DNA of 32,000 bases from an uncultured Erysipelotrichaceae bacterium (GCA_942493105.1 OW818668.1:1740001-1772000); one strand, 5' to 3'; positions 9,946-18,114 are shown, numbered from the stretch's first letter. The notes: generated from the sequence alone by a model not told the origin. Numbers and translations: made by a program.

Positions 9946-12009
9946 TTATTTTAGGAAAGAATAAACGATGGTATTTGCAGCTGTGATTAAGGTAAACAAC
10001 AAAGTATTTAGGAAAGCAGCTGTCATAACATTGCCAGTCATCTTATAGAGACGTTTGGCATAAATGGTAGCTACGGTCAACGTTGGGATCGTGGCAAACA
10101 ACAAGATACTGTTGAGCGATTGAGCAGGATACAGGGCCACTTTATTGATAAACAAGCTACCGTATTGAAGAGCCAACCAAATGACCAAACCGCCAACGAC
10201 CATGAATATCGCAACGGCATAACCTTTCCAACCATTGATGTATGTATTGTTGGTATTGAGGTTGATTGCGATGGAAATGAAGAAGTAGTAAACAAAGAAG
10301 AAAGGAACATACTGTAAAGCAGATAAAACATGAGATACTTCAAAGGTTTTGATGGCCAATGTCCAGAATCTAAAGTCAACGACCAATAGATAATCAAGGA
10401 CATAAAGCAATACATAGCCAGAAACGACTAAGGTCAAGGCTAAACCTAAGGCCAACCATACTTGTCTAGCAGACACTGAAATTCCATAGGATTTGAAATC
10501 GAACGCTGGGTTTTTACTGCGATCGAAGAAGTGAACGATGGCAATGATCATGACGGCTACTAAAGCACACATGATGGCCCAATAAACGATTTGGTTGGTG
10601 GTTGGTTGATTGAACCAAGCACTTTGAAGGAATACTTTACCAGATTGAGTCGATAAATAACGCATGGATAAGGCTCCAAAGAATGCCAAACCGGCTGCAC
10701 CGATTCTAGCAAAACTCTGTCCTTTGTCTTTAACAAAGGTATAAACCATCATTCCAACTGCAAGGATCATAACGAGTTCACTGCCACGTTGTAACAGTGT
10801 CAAACCATCAGCAAGCTTACTCATCAAAGTCGGGAAGAAATAAGCTGGGAAGAAAGCACTAAAAGCAATAATGAGCCAATAGAGTGCCTTCTGTGAGCTA
10901 GTTTTCGGACCAGCAACTAAAGTTTCAGTTGGATTGTTTAACCCAGCAAAAGCCTTCGTATTGGTCAATAATAAGTTAGCCAAAGGCATAAACATCACGA
11001 AGAATGCCAATAAAGCAATGAATTCAAAGATTTCTTTCAAGAACCAAGTTTGATTGGCACCTGAAGAGATGGTCATTGATGCGCTTCTTGAAGATTCAAA
11101 AGCTTTGTTATAGAAATCAATTTGATTTCCTGTGGTTTCAATCGAGAAGTGATTCCAAGGATGTGTTTCATAAGGGGTATAAATGATACGAGTTCCGCCG
11201 TTAGGCAAAGTATAGAACTTCCCTGCGGTAGGATTATCAGGATTCCCTAAGAAGGCTTTCCCGTCCGCCTGTAGTACATAATCCTTATAAACCATGGTTT
11301 TTCCAGCTGCTGAAGCTGCTGAATCAAAGAAGAATTCATCGAAGTGAGCAGCGATGATCCCATTGATACGTGGGCCATACATTGCATTGGCTGTAGCCGC
11401 ATTGACGCCCAAATAACCGGTATACAGATAATCAGAAGCAACAGCCAAGCTCGCATGGATCTTACGAATACCTGATGTAGCAAATTGCTGTTCATCCATC
11501 ACAACGGCCATAACTGATGAGAAGGATCCCATAGAATGTCCACTTACTGCAATCTTACCGTTCCCGCTAGAATCTTTGAGAACATAAGGTTGAGCATAGA
11601 TATATTGGACAGCATCATACAAAGCAGTCGGCCAGAATGAGAAGAATGCTGATGCATTGGTCTTATCCAGTTTATTCATGGAATGACCATGCTCATACAT
11701 ATCAAGTGCTAAAACGACATAGCCTCGTTTAGACAACTCGATGGCTGGAGCATCTTGCATCTCGCCTGAATTCAAATAACCATGAGTGGTGACGATCGTC
11801 GCTCTTGGATCATCTTTACTCGCCCCCTTTGGCAAGTACAACAATCCCGACAATACACCCTTTTCTGTCGTAAAACTGATTCTCTTGACGTCTACTGAAT
11901 AGAATGAGGTGTTGACCATGTTGGCAAATATGCTAGCCACGATCACAACAATCAAAGACAAGATAAACAGCTGTTTTGAATTCTTAGTCAATGCTTTAAT
12001 CTTCTTCAT
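9946..12009 (-). CDS. Alpha/beta-hydrolase domain fused to a ~10-TM integral membrane domain
   Basis: It has an N-terminal signal-anchor, then an alpha/beta-hydrolase core with nucleophile elbow GHSMG (VSGHSMGSF) and a HGY oxyanion-type motif. From about residue 340 there are some 10 hydrophobic helices. Start chosen at MKKIKALTK (12009) with RBS GGGAGGA. Confidence 0.8.
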   Translation of the reverse strand: MKKIKALTKNSKQLFILSLIVVIVASIFANMVNTSFYSVDVKRISFTTEKGVLSGLLYLPKGASKDDPRATIVTTHGYLNSGEMQDAPAIELSKRGYVVLALDMYEHGHSMNKLDKTNASAFFSFWPTALYDAVQYIYAQPYVLKDSSGNGKIAVSGHSMGSFSSVMAVVMDEQQFATSGIRKIHASLAVASDYLYTGYLGVNAATANAMYGPRINGIIAAHFDEFFFDSAASAAGKTMVYKDYVLQADGKAFLGNPDNPTAGKFYTLPNGGTRIIYTPYETHPWNHFSIETTGNQIDFYNKAFESSRSASMTISSGANQTWFLKEIFEFIALLAFFVMFMPLANLLLTNTKAFAGLNNPTETLVAGPKTSSQKALYWLIIAFSAFFPAYFFPTLMSKLADGLTLLQRGSELVMILAVGMMVYTFVKDKGQSFARIGAAGLAFFGALSMRYLSTQSGKVFLQSAWFNQPTTNQIVYWAIMCALVAVMIIAIVHFFDRSKNPAFDFKSYGISVSARQVWLALGLALTLVVSGYVLLYVLDYLLVVDFRFWTLAIKTFEVSHVLSALQYVPFFFVYYFFISIAINLNTNNTYINGWKGYAVAIFMVVGGLVIWLALQYGSLFINKVALYPAQSLNSILLFATIPTLTVATIYAKRLYKMTGNVMTAAFLNTLLFTLITAANTIVYSFLK

Positions 12010-12282
12010 TATGATGTTATTCCTCCCTAAGTCTGCTGTAAATAAACAATAAAAAAGCAATCATACTTCCTTGCCTGTTTCTCTGTTTCTTTACAGTCTT
12101 ATTAACTTTAATTCAAGTTTATCATAGCACTTACATATGCGCAATATAATAATGAGATTAATTGTTGTAAAATTAAAAATCCACACAAAGTCTTAGTACT
12201 TACCAAAGATGATCACTCAAATCTCCTAGCTAGTCATACGTTATTTCGTTCTATTTAGACTCAGTTTTTTATGAATAGCAAT

Positions 12283-12720
12283 CTAATATTTTAATGTAAA
12301 TAACGTGTTGAGAAATTTTAAGTCTTCTTTGGTCAGATGATACGTTGCTGACTGATGTGTAAGATAAATCACCCCTCTTTTAAACCCACTTTGTATTGCA
12401 GCTTGAAATTCGATATCTGTTTTTTCATAATGAAATATAAAAAGCATACTCCCACCTTCTTTTGTGATGTGGGTAATATCTTTGATCTTATTAAAGAAAA
12501 CAGATTGTAAAGACTTTAATTGATCAGGATCCGTTATTGTCAATTCCCAATCTTCCTCAGAACATATTGACGTGTTACATCCACTATCAATGATGGTGAC
12601 TGAAATCAGCTTTCCTTGACCTAAATAATCAAGATTGATAATGCGTTCTGATGCCATGTAAAAAGACAATAGAACCACTAAAATGATAACCAATAGTGAT
12701 GATGCAGTTTTCTTTCCCAT
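12283..12720 (-). CDS. Hypothetical membrane-anchored or secreted small protein
   Basis: 145-aa ORF with RBS AAGGGGGA, an N-terminal hydrophobic anchor (SSLLVIILVVLLSFY) and no motif I recognise. Confidence 0.55.
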   Translation of the reverse strand: MGKKTASSLLVIILVVLLSFYMASERIINLDYLGQGKLISVTIIDSGCNTSICSEEDWELTITDPDQLKSLQSVFFNKIKDITHITKEGGSMLFIFHYEKTDIEFQAAIQSGFKRGVIYLTHQSATYHLTKEDLKFLNTLFTLKY

Positions 12721-12830
12721 CTCTAATCCCCCTTTAAACTTCTGTATTCAATTCAACATTGAAAAAAAGCTAATGTAGATCGTAATCTTACAAATCATTT
12801 AATTGACACTTAATTTAGATTGATTTAGTT

Positions 12831-13280
12831 CTAAGCTTTATTCTGAATGTCTATTTTATGATCGATCGGTTCCAATTTTACTTCTTCATAGGACTCAAAC
12901 CACTCATGTAATTTCGCTTTTGCTTTTTGCTTTGTAAGGTCATCCACAAATAAGGCAACGGCGACAACTGCTGATAATAATGCTGTTATGTCATCAGAAA
13001 ATCCAACAATGGGAACAAAATCAGGGATGAAATCCATTGGGAAGATGAAATAACCTAATGCCCCAATAATGACAGACTTGGCCCATTTAGGAGTTGTGGC
13101 TCTTTTTAGCGTGTAGTAAAGCAGCAAGGCAAGATACACAACTTTAATCCCAGCAACTTTCGCAAACTTAACAATCTTTTTAAATAATTCTGCTTCTGAG
13201 AAAGCCTCTGTATACTTCTTATTTTTTAGTTCTTCTTTGATTTCCATAGGATAATCTTCAACCTCGATTTCTGTATTCAT
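12831..13280 (-). CDS. YkvA/DUF1232-family membrane protein
   Basis: The motif FPMDFIPDFVPIVGFSDDITALL matches the DUF1232 signature (D-x-IPD-x-IP-x-xG-x-xDD), flanked by TM segments. The start is uncertain (M1 or M12). Confidence 0.7.
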   Translation of the reverse strand: MNTEIEVEDYPMEIKEELKNKKYTEAFSEAELFKKIVKFAKVAGIKVVYLALLLYYTLKRATTPKWAKSVIIGALGYFIFPMDFIPDFVPIVGFSDDITALLSAVVAVALFVDDLTKQKAKAKLHEWFESYEEVKLEPIDHKIDIQNKA

Positions 13281-13510
13281 CCATACTATAACATAAAGCC
13301 ATTGAGAAATTTTTGGTTGACCAAGTATCCCTATTTAAAAAATACCATTCAATCCACTGTAAAAATGTATACCAAGTTCAATATTTTCTCGAGTTTCTTT
13401 CTAAATAGTTCGATTGTAAAGCTATTTGCGCTAATACAAATATGACTAGATCAGTCAATCTGTTTGTAATCAGTTCAAGGGAATTCTATGATGGGCTTAG
13501 GAGTATAATC

Positions 13511-14452
13511 ATGAAAACAAACAAGATTTCAATCATTGGAGCTGGATTCGTCGGCTCAACCTCAGCCTTTGCCATCATCGATGCCGGATTGGCCAGTGAT
13601 ATTGTTTTAGTGGATGTCAATCGGGACAAAGCCGAAGCTGAAGCCATGGATCTCTCGCATGGAGCAGCTTTCGTAAAAACAGTTTCCATCATTGCTGGTA
13701 CCATTGAGGATACTAAAGATTCTGATTTGATCATCATCACTGCAGGTATTGGACAGAAACCGGGAGAGACCCGACTTGATATTCTTAATAAGAACATTCC
13801 TATTTTTAAAGACATCGTTCCAAAACTCGCTCAATACAGCCCTGATGCGATCCTACTCGTCGTATCAAATCCAGTCGATATCCTAACTTATATCACTTAC
13901 AAATATTCTGGATTCCCCTCCAATCGCGTAATCGGATCTGGAACGGTTCTGGATACCTCACGGTTCAAATCCATTCTTTCGAAACACTTCAAAGTTGATG
14001 CTCGAAATATCCATGCCTATATCATTGGAGAACATGGCGATTCCGAAATTGCAACTTGGAGCTTGACTAAAATTGCTGGCATGAGTATAGACGAATATTG
14101 TGACACGATCGATAAAATATGCGATATCGATTTTAAGAATAAGGTCCATGAAGATGTCAAGAATGCAGCTTATGAAATCATTAATCGCAAAGGATACACC
14201 AACTATGCAGTTGCTTTGGCTGTGAGAAGGATCTCTGAAGCTTTGTTGGATGATGAACAATCGATTCTAACAGTCAGTGGCTACTTCACAGGCGAGGAAG
14301 GCATAAACGATGTCTATATGGCAATTCCTTGTGTCGTAGGACGTCAAGGCATTGAACGAATCATTCCGGTTCCTCTCTCATCTGGTGAGCAAGAACAATT
14401 GCTTGAATCAGCCAAGATGCTTAAAACAATTCTAAAGCAAGCTGGTTTATAA
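13511..14452 (+). CDS. ldh: L-lactate dehydrogenase
   Basis: [16 protein letters not shown] (NAD-binding GxGxxG), [17 protein letters not shown], SNPVDILT, GSGTxLDTSR and GEHGDSE catalytic-loop motifs. Start chosen at [10 protein letters not shown] (13511) with RBS TAGGAG. Confidence 0.93.
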   Translation: MKTNKISIIGAGFVGSTSAFAIIDAGLASDIVLVDVNRDKAEAEAMDLSHGAAFVKTVSIIAGTIEDTKDSDLIIITAGIGQKPGETRLDILNKNIPIFKDIVPKLAQYSPDAILLVVSNPVDILTYITYKYSGFPSNRVIGSGTVLDTSRFKSILSKHFKVDARNIHAYIIGEHGDSEIATWSLTKIAGMSIDEYCDTIDKICDIDFKNKVHEDVKNAAYEIINRKGYTNYAVALAVRRISEALLDDEQSILTVSGYFTGEEGINDVYMAIPCVVGRQGIERIIPVPLSSGEQEQLLESAKMLKTILKQAGL

Positions 14453-14572
14453 AAAGTCGAAATCAGATCAACGTCTTTCCAAGAAATTTAATAATAGAAG
14501 CATCTTAAGTTATCAATCCACAAACCAAAAACCAAACTGTATAATTGTCAAAAAAGTGAATTAGGCGGCCTA

Positions 14573-14581
14573 TGGTATAAT
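14573..14581 (+). promoter_or_regulatory. Extended -10 promoter element (TGgTATAAT)
   Basis: TG at 14573-14574 and TATAAT at 14576-14581, about 20 nt upstream of the 14603 start. No good -35 element. Confidence 0.4.
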
Positions 14582-14602
14582 AAACATAAGGTAGGACACC
14601 TC

Positions 14603-15211
14603 ATGAAGAAAATAATACAATTCTTTCGTACATTTTGGTTTTTGATTCTCACCGCATTCGTGATATTCGTTGGAGTATTCGCTTTTACGTTTGCGAAGAA
14701 TTTCCAAGTCGTCCGCAAGTCCGAAATCAATGCTTCTGCTGTTCTTGAGAGAATCAAACAAATATCACAGATGGATACTGTTGAAATGTACTTCAATGAA
14801 ATCCTAGACTATCGTGAGGCCTTGACCATCAATGACTTTGAAATCCCGTTTACTCAGAAATCATTCATCTTTATGGTGAAGGCTAAGGTACAATCCGGAA
14901 TCGATCTTGCTTCCTTAACTGAAGATGACATTCAGATCGTGGGCAAGAAAATAACCCTAACGTTGGATAAAGCAAAAATCACTTCCAAAGAGATTATAGA
15001 ATATAGGGCTTATTCGGAAAAAGACGGATTCTTCAATCCAGTGACCAGTGAAGATACACTAAATACATTAAATGAGTTCTTGCTTCGCTTGAACCAGCAA
15101 GCTTTGGATAACGGAATATTGGATAAAGCAGAAGAGAATGCGAAGCTCGTACTTGGAAACTTCCTTGGATTGATCGGGTATGAAGAAGTCATCATAAACT
15201 TTAAAGAATAA
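14603..15211 (+). CDS. Hypothetical N-terminally anchored protein (possibly DUF4230-like)
   Basis: 202 aa with a single N-terminal TM helix (FWFLILTAFVIFVGVFAF) followed by a soluble domain. It has its own promoter and terminator. The family assignment is only a size/architecture impression. Confidence 0.6.
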   Translation: MKKIIQFFRTFWFLILTAFVIFVGVFAFTFAKNFQVVRKSEINASAVLERIKQISQMDTVEMYFNEILDYREALTINDFEIPFTQKSFIFMVKAKVQSGIDLASLTEDDIQIVGKKITLTLDKAKITSKEIIEYRAYSEKDGFFNPVTSEDTLNTLNEFLLRLNQQALDNGILDKAEENAKLVLGNFLGLIGYEEVIINFKE

Positions 15212-15231
15212 ACAAACAAGTATTCGAAAAT

Positions 15232-15256
15232 GCTTCTGCAGAGAAGCGTTTTTTTG
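15232..15256 (+). terminator. Intrinsic terminator
   Basis: gcttct-gcag-agaagc hairpin followed by gttttttt. Confidence 0.7.
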
Positions 15257-15374
15257 ATTTATGTTAAGAAAGCATTCTTGCTAACTTCCAGACACAATTT
15301 AGACAATAGAGATTATAAACATCTGTTTTTTATGCTAAGATTTATAAAAGATGACACTATAATGGGAGATATAT

Positions 15375-16634
15375 ATGGGACACATCACATCACGTAATCA
15401 TTACGAAAACCTCGTAGCAAAACTCAACCGCTTCCCTCAGGGGGCACCTCCCAGTGAAACGCTCTATAAGCTGCTCAGTGTGCTTTTCAGCGAAGAAGAA
15501 GCACAGTTTGTCTCACTATTACCTGTACAGGCATTTACTGCTGAGATCGCCTCAAAACGGTCGAAAAAACCCGTGGAAGAATGTGAAGCATTACTCGATG
15601 GATTGGCTTCCCGAGCGATTTTGCTGGATTGGGAAAAGAATGGTGTACGCTATTATATCTTACCGCCACCTATGGCAGGTTGGATCGAGTTTTCGATGAT
15701 GCGGGTGCGTGAGGATATCGATCAGCACAGCCTTGGACAATTGCTATATCAGTATATGAACGTCGAAGAAGATTTCGTACGTAATTTATTTTTTGGTTCT
15801 GATACCAAAATCGTCAGAGCCTTCGTCAATGAGGAAGCGCTAGAAGTCAATAAGTCGGGTGACAACATTCTTGAAATCATGGATTATCAGCGGGCAACGC
15901 ACGTCATCAATTCATCTGAACACATTGGGATCGGTGTTTGTTACTGCCGTCACAAAATGGAACACGTCGGAAAAGACTGTGATGCTCCAAAAGATATATG
16001 CATGACTTTCGGCAATGTGGCTGATTCCTTGATTCGTGCTGGATATGCTCGACGAGTAGAAAAGAAGGAATGTCTGGATCTACTAGATGTGGCTTACGGA
16101 CACAACCTCGTTCAAATCGGCGAAAACACAATGAACTCAGTTTCATTTATCTGCAATTGCTGCGGGTGTTGTTGTGAAGCCTTGCTTGCAGCTAAGAAGT
16201 TTGGTACCAGTGCGACCATTGCCACTACTAATTTTCTGCCCAAGGTCGATGTAGACCGTTGTACCTCTTGTCAGGCATGTGTGGACATCTGTCCGATGGA
16301 TGCACTGAGCTTTGTGGATGGGATATTGACCTTAGATGAAGACATGTGTCTGGGTTGTGGAGTTTGTGTGCGCAATTGTGCTTTTGAAGCACTGTCGTTG
16401 GTTGAAAAGAAATCCCGGATGATCACACCTGTTAACGGTGCACATCGCGTCGTTCTGATGGCGATTGATAAAGGAATGTTGGGCGATTTGATGTTTGATA
16501 ACAGTTCTCTAGCCTCCCATCGACTGATGGCCGGTGTTGTCAATGTCATACTCAGTCTGCCCCCAGCCAAACAATTGTTGGCCAACCAGCAGATCCGCTC
16601 GAAATATCTAGCGAGAATGATTGAAAAAATATAA
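15375..16634 (+). CDS. Cys-rich Fe-S protein with a C-terminal 2x[4Fe-4S] ferredoxin domain; function unknown
   Basis: Two canonical ferredoxin motifs, CTSCQACVDICP and CLGCGVCVRNC. Additional Cys clusters lie upstream (GVCYCRH...C...C and ICNCCGCCCE). RBS GGGAGA. The gene is monocistronic, flanked by terminators on both sides. Confidence 0.8.
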   Translation: MGHITSRNHYENLVAKLNRFPQGAPPSETLYKLLSVLFSEEEAQFVSLLPVQAFTAEIASKRSKKPVEECEALLDGLASRAILLDWEKNGVRYYILPPPMAGWIEFSMMRVREDIDQHSLGQLLYQYMNVEEDFVRNLFFGSDTKIVRAFVNEEALEVNKSGDNILEIMDYQRATHVINSSEHIGIGVCYCRHKMEHVGKDCDAPKDICMTFGNVADSLIRAGYARRVEKKECLDLLDVAYGHNLVQIGENTMNSVSFICNCCGCCCEALLAAKKFGTSATIATTNFLPKVDVDRCTSCQACVDICPMDALSFVDGILTLDEDMCLGCGVCVRNCAFEALSLVEKKSRMITPVNGAHRVVLMAIDKGMLGDLMFDNSSLASHRLMAGVVNVILSLPPAKQLLANQQIRSKYLARMIEKI

Positions 16635-16639
16635 GAAAA

Positions 16640-16663
16640 ATCAGCAGAAATGCTGATTTTTTA
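16640..16663 (+). terminator. Intrinsic terminator after the Fe-S gene
   Basis: atcagca-gaaa-tgctgat hairpin followed by tttttt. Confidence 0.75.
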
Positions 16664-16690
16664 AATTTGTGAATTTAGAATATTCCTTTT

Positions 16691-16712
16691 TTGTATAGTC
16701 ATTGTATAGTCA
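16691..16712. repeat. Perfect tandem duplication of an 11-mer (ttgtatagtca x2)
   Basis: Read directly: ttgtatagtca at 16691-16701 and again at 16702-16712. Confidence 0.9.
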
Positions 16713-16720
16713 GAGAACAT

Positions 16721-16742
16721 AAAAAAAGCCCTGAAACAGGGC
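16721..16742 (-). terminator. Intrinsic terminator beyond the distal copy of the tRNA-Gly 3' end
   Basis: Minus sense reads gccctg-ttt-cagggc followed by ttttttt. This is probably the ancestral terminator of the tRNA operon. Confidence 0.5.
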
Positions 16743-16751
16743 TTAGGATGG

Positions 16752-16772
16752 TCAATGGAGCGGATGATGAGA
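16752..16772 (-). repeat. 21-nt direct repeat of the tRNA-Gly 3' end (att-like core, distal copy)
   Basis: tcaatggagcggatgatgaga at 16752-16772 is identical to 17864-17884. The latter covers the last 17 nt of tRNA-Gly(UCC), including CCA, plus 4 nt of flank. Confidence 0.85.
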
Positions 16773-16874
16773 GTACTTCAATCACTCGCTAAGATGCGTT
16801 AAGTGGCCTATCTACAAGGATTTCTACACTTATTATACAATAGATTCCTTAAGATATCGATCTATAATTCCTAT

Positions 16875-16898
16875 AAAACTACCCCATAACTACCCCAT
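16875..16898. repeat. 24-nt repeat containing tandem 11-mers (aactaccccat x2), copy 1
   Basis: aaaactaccccataactaccccat at 16875-16898 is identical to 17761-17784. Both copies are followed within 10 nt by gttttagc. Confidence 0.9.
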
Positions 16899-17048
16899 GG
16901 GGTTTTAGCTGATATTTTGAACTAAATTCGGATCAAATTAAGAATATGGGTTCTTAATAAAGATCTTTTGTTTAATGCCATATTCAAATTTCTATCACTA
17001 TGACTTTTACATCCAGACTTCATTTTTCTCAACAAACTCAAACAATAT

Positions 17049-17354
17049 TTAGGTTCTTTTACGCGAGTATGCCACTGCAATTATATTTAGAATCAAAGTT
17101 CCCAAAAATAAGATCCATGAGACAAATACTACTCCATCAATAATATCCAAAATTGCAATAGTGTCATTGATGCTTGCTAAATGTTGCTGATACATCAGTT
17201 GAAAAATCAAAGCTATTCCCATCATCATAAAACTTAAAAACATATTTTCTTGAATTGAGATTCTTGGATTCTTATATTGACGAATATAAACCAAAGGTAG
17301 AAACCATGCAGCAAACCCTATAACAAAACTTCCACTATTTAAATATGTTGACAT
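17049..17354 (-). CDS. Small 3-TM membrane protein, unknown function (the islet's only cargo)
   Basis: 101 aa from MSTYLNSGSF, with a strong RBS GGGAGG 6 nt upstream. There are three hydrophobic helices and no recognisable motif. Confidence 0.55.
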   Translation of the reverse strand: MSTYLNSGSFVIGFAAWFLPLVYIRQYKNPRISIQENMFLSFMMMGIALIFQLMYQQHLASINDTIAILDIIDGVVFVSWILFLGTLILNIIAVAYSRKRT

Positions 17355-17760
17355 TACAACCTCCCAATTTATTAAAGTATACATTACTTTTCTAAAGGAT
17401 GAATACGAAAAGTATAAATAGAAGTATTCAAAAGTTTAGTGTCGAAAAATTAGTGTTTAAATCAAGGAATGGTAATTTTTATATATAGTCAATATTTTGT
17501 TCAAATATGCGTACCAAAATCGCTTGTTTGTATGATTCTCACAACATAGTTCTATTATAAAATCTGTCAGTGATAAGTTTTTAAGACGACTAAAAATCTG
17601 CTTTCCAAGAATGGAATCATTCTATATCTCAAGTGATCTTTGATCAAATCATACGAAGTTGATATTTCTGAGTCTTAGTTGTAGTTAATAAGAATCCCAA
17701 AGAATTGCAGCGCAATCAAGATTATAACTAATCTTAAAAAATCTTAGCATTTCTTTCAGT

Positions 17761-17784
17761 AAAACTACCCCATAACTACCCCAT
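17761..17784. repeat. 24-nt repeat containing tandem 11-mers (aactaccccat x2), copy 2
   Basis: Identical to 16875-16898 and in the same orientation. Confidence 0.9.
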
Positions 17785-17820
17785 TTAGAAGTTTTAGCCC
17801 TTTTTAGGCATGAGAACCAT

Positions 17821-17846
17821 AAAAAAAGTCCTTTAAACAAAGGACT
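17821..17846 (-). terminator. Intrinsic terminator immediately downstream of tRNA-Gly
   Basis: Minus sense reads agtccttt-gttt-aaaggact followed by ttttttt. Confidence 0.7.
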
Positions 17847-17867
17847 CTCTTAAGATAGTTAATTCAA

Positions 17868-17941
17868 TGGAGCGGATGATGAGAATCGAACTCACGTAGT
17901 CAGCTTGGAAGGCTGAAGTTCTACCATTGAACTACATCCGC
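17868..17941 (-). tRNA. tRNA-Gly (anticodon UCC)
   Basis: The reverse complement GCGGATGTAGTTCAATGGTAGAACTTCAGCCTTCCAAGCTGACTACGTGAGTTCGATTCTCATCATCCGCTCCA folds as a cloverleaf. Anticodon loop is CTTCCAA and the CCA end is encoded. Confidence 0.93.
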
Positions 17942-17955
17942 GGGTGGTAAATAAT

Positions 17956-18031
17956 TGGTGACCCGGAAAGGACTCGAACCTTCGACCCACTGATTAAAAG
18001 TCAGTTGCTCTACCACCTGAGCTACCGGGTC
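17956..18031 (-). tRNA. tRNA-Lys (anticodon UUU)
   Basis: GACCCGGTAGCTCAGGTGGTAGAGCAACTGACTTTTAATCAGTGGGTCGAAGGTTCGAGTCCTTTCCGGGTCACCA. The acceptor stem pairs (GACCCGG/CCGGGTC) and the anticodon loop is CTTTTAA. Confidence 0.93.
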
Positions 18032-18038
18032 ACATATT

Positions 18039-18114
18039 TGGCTGGGGTACCTGGATTCGGACCAGGGAGATGCCAGAGTCAAAGTCTGGTGCCTTACCGC
18101 TTGGCTATACCCCA
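18039..18114 (-). tRNA. tRNA-Gln (anticodon UUG)
   Basis: TGGGGTATAGCCAAGCGGTAAGGCACCAGACTTTGACTCTGGCATCTCCCTGGTCCGAATCCAGGTACCCCAGCCA. Anticodon stem CCAGA/TCTGG, loop CTTTGAC. Confidence 0.9.

Larger units (their letters stand above)
16752..17884 (-). mobile_element. Putative decayed, integrase-less integrative islet inserted at the 3' end of tRNA-Gly
   Basis: It is bounded by the 21-nt direct repeats. A 24-nt repeat lies about 100-120 nt inside each end. The interior is AT-rich (about 30% GC in hand-counted lines) with a single small membrane-protein ORF. No recombinase is present. Confidence 0.4.

Noticed and set aside
13463-13480. Possible Rex operator upstream of ldh (tttgtaatcagttcaagg)
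   Set aside because: Only about 8 of 14 half-site positions match the TTGTGAA-N4-TTCACAA consensus as I remember it. That is too weak to call.
13486-14260. Minus-strand ORFs 13486-13815, 13607-13834 and 13958-14260
   Set aside because: They lie antisense to the strongly supported ldh gene and are shadow ORFs.
14548-14796. Minus-strand ORFs 14548-14796 and 14570-14761
   Set aside because: They overlap the promoter, RBS and 5' end of the plus-strand gene at 14603. They lack an RBS, and their products look like translated antisense sequence.
15375-16634. Strong claim of horizontal transfer for the Fe-S gene based on GC content
   Set aside because: Hand counts show it is richer in GC than its immediate neighbours. 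However, several core genes in this window reach similar local values. The anomaly is kept only as a weak supporting remark pending a real calculation.
16691-17784. CRISPR array or other multi-copy repeat array
   Set aside because: The repeats are two-copy tandem 11-mers plus two dispersed 21-24-nt repeats. There are no regularly spaced repeat-spacer units and no cas genes.
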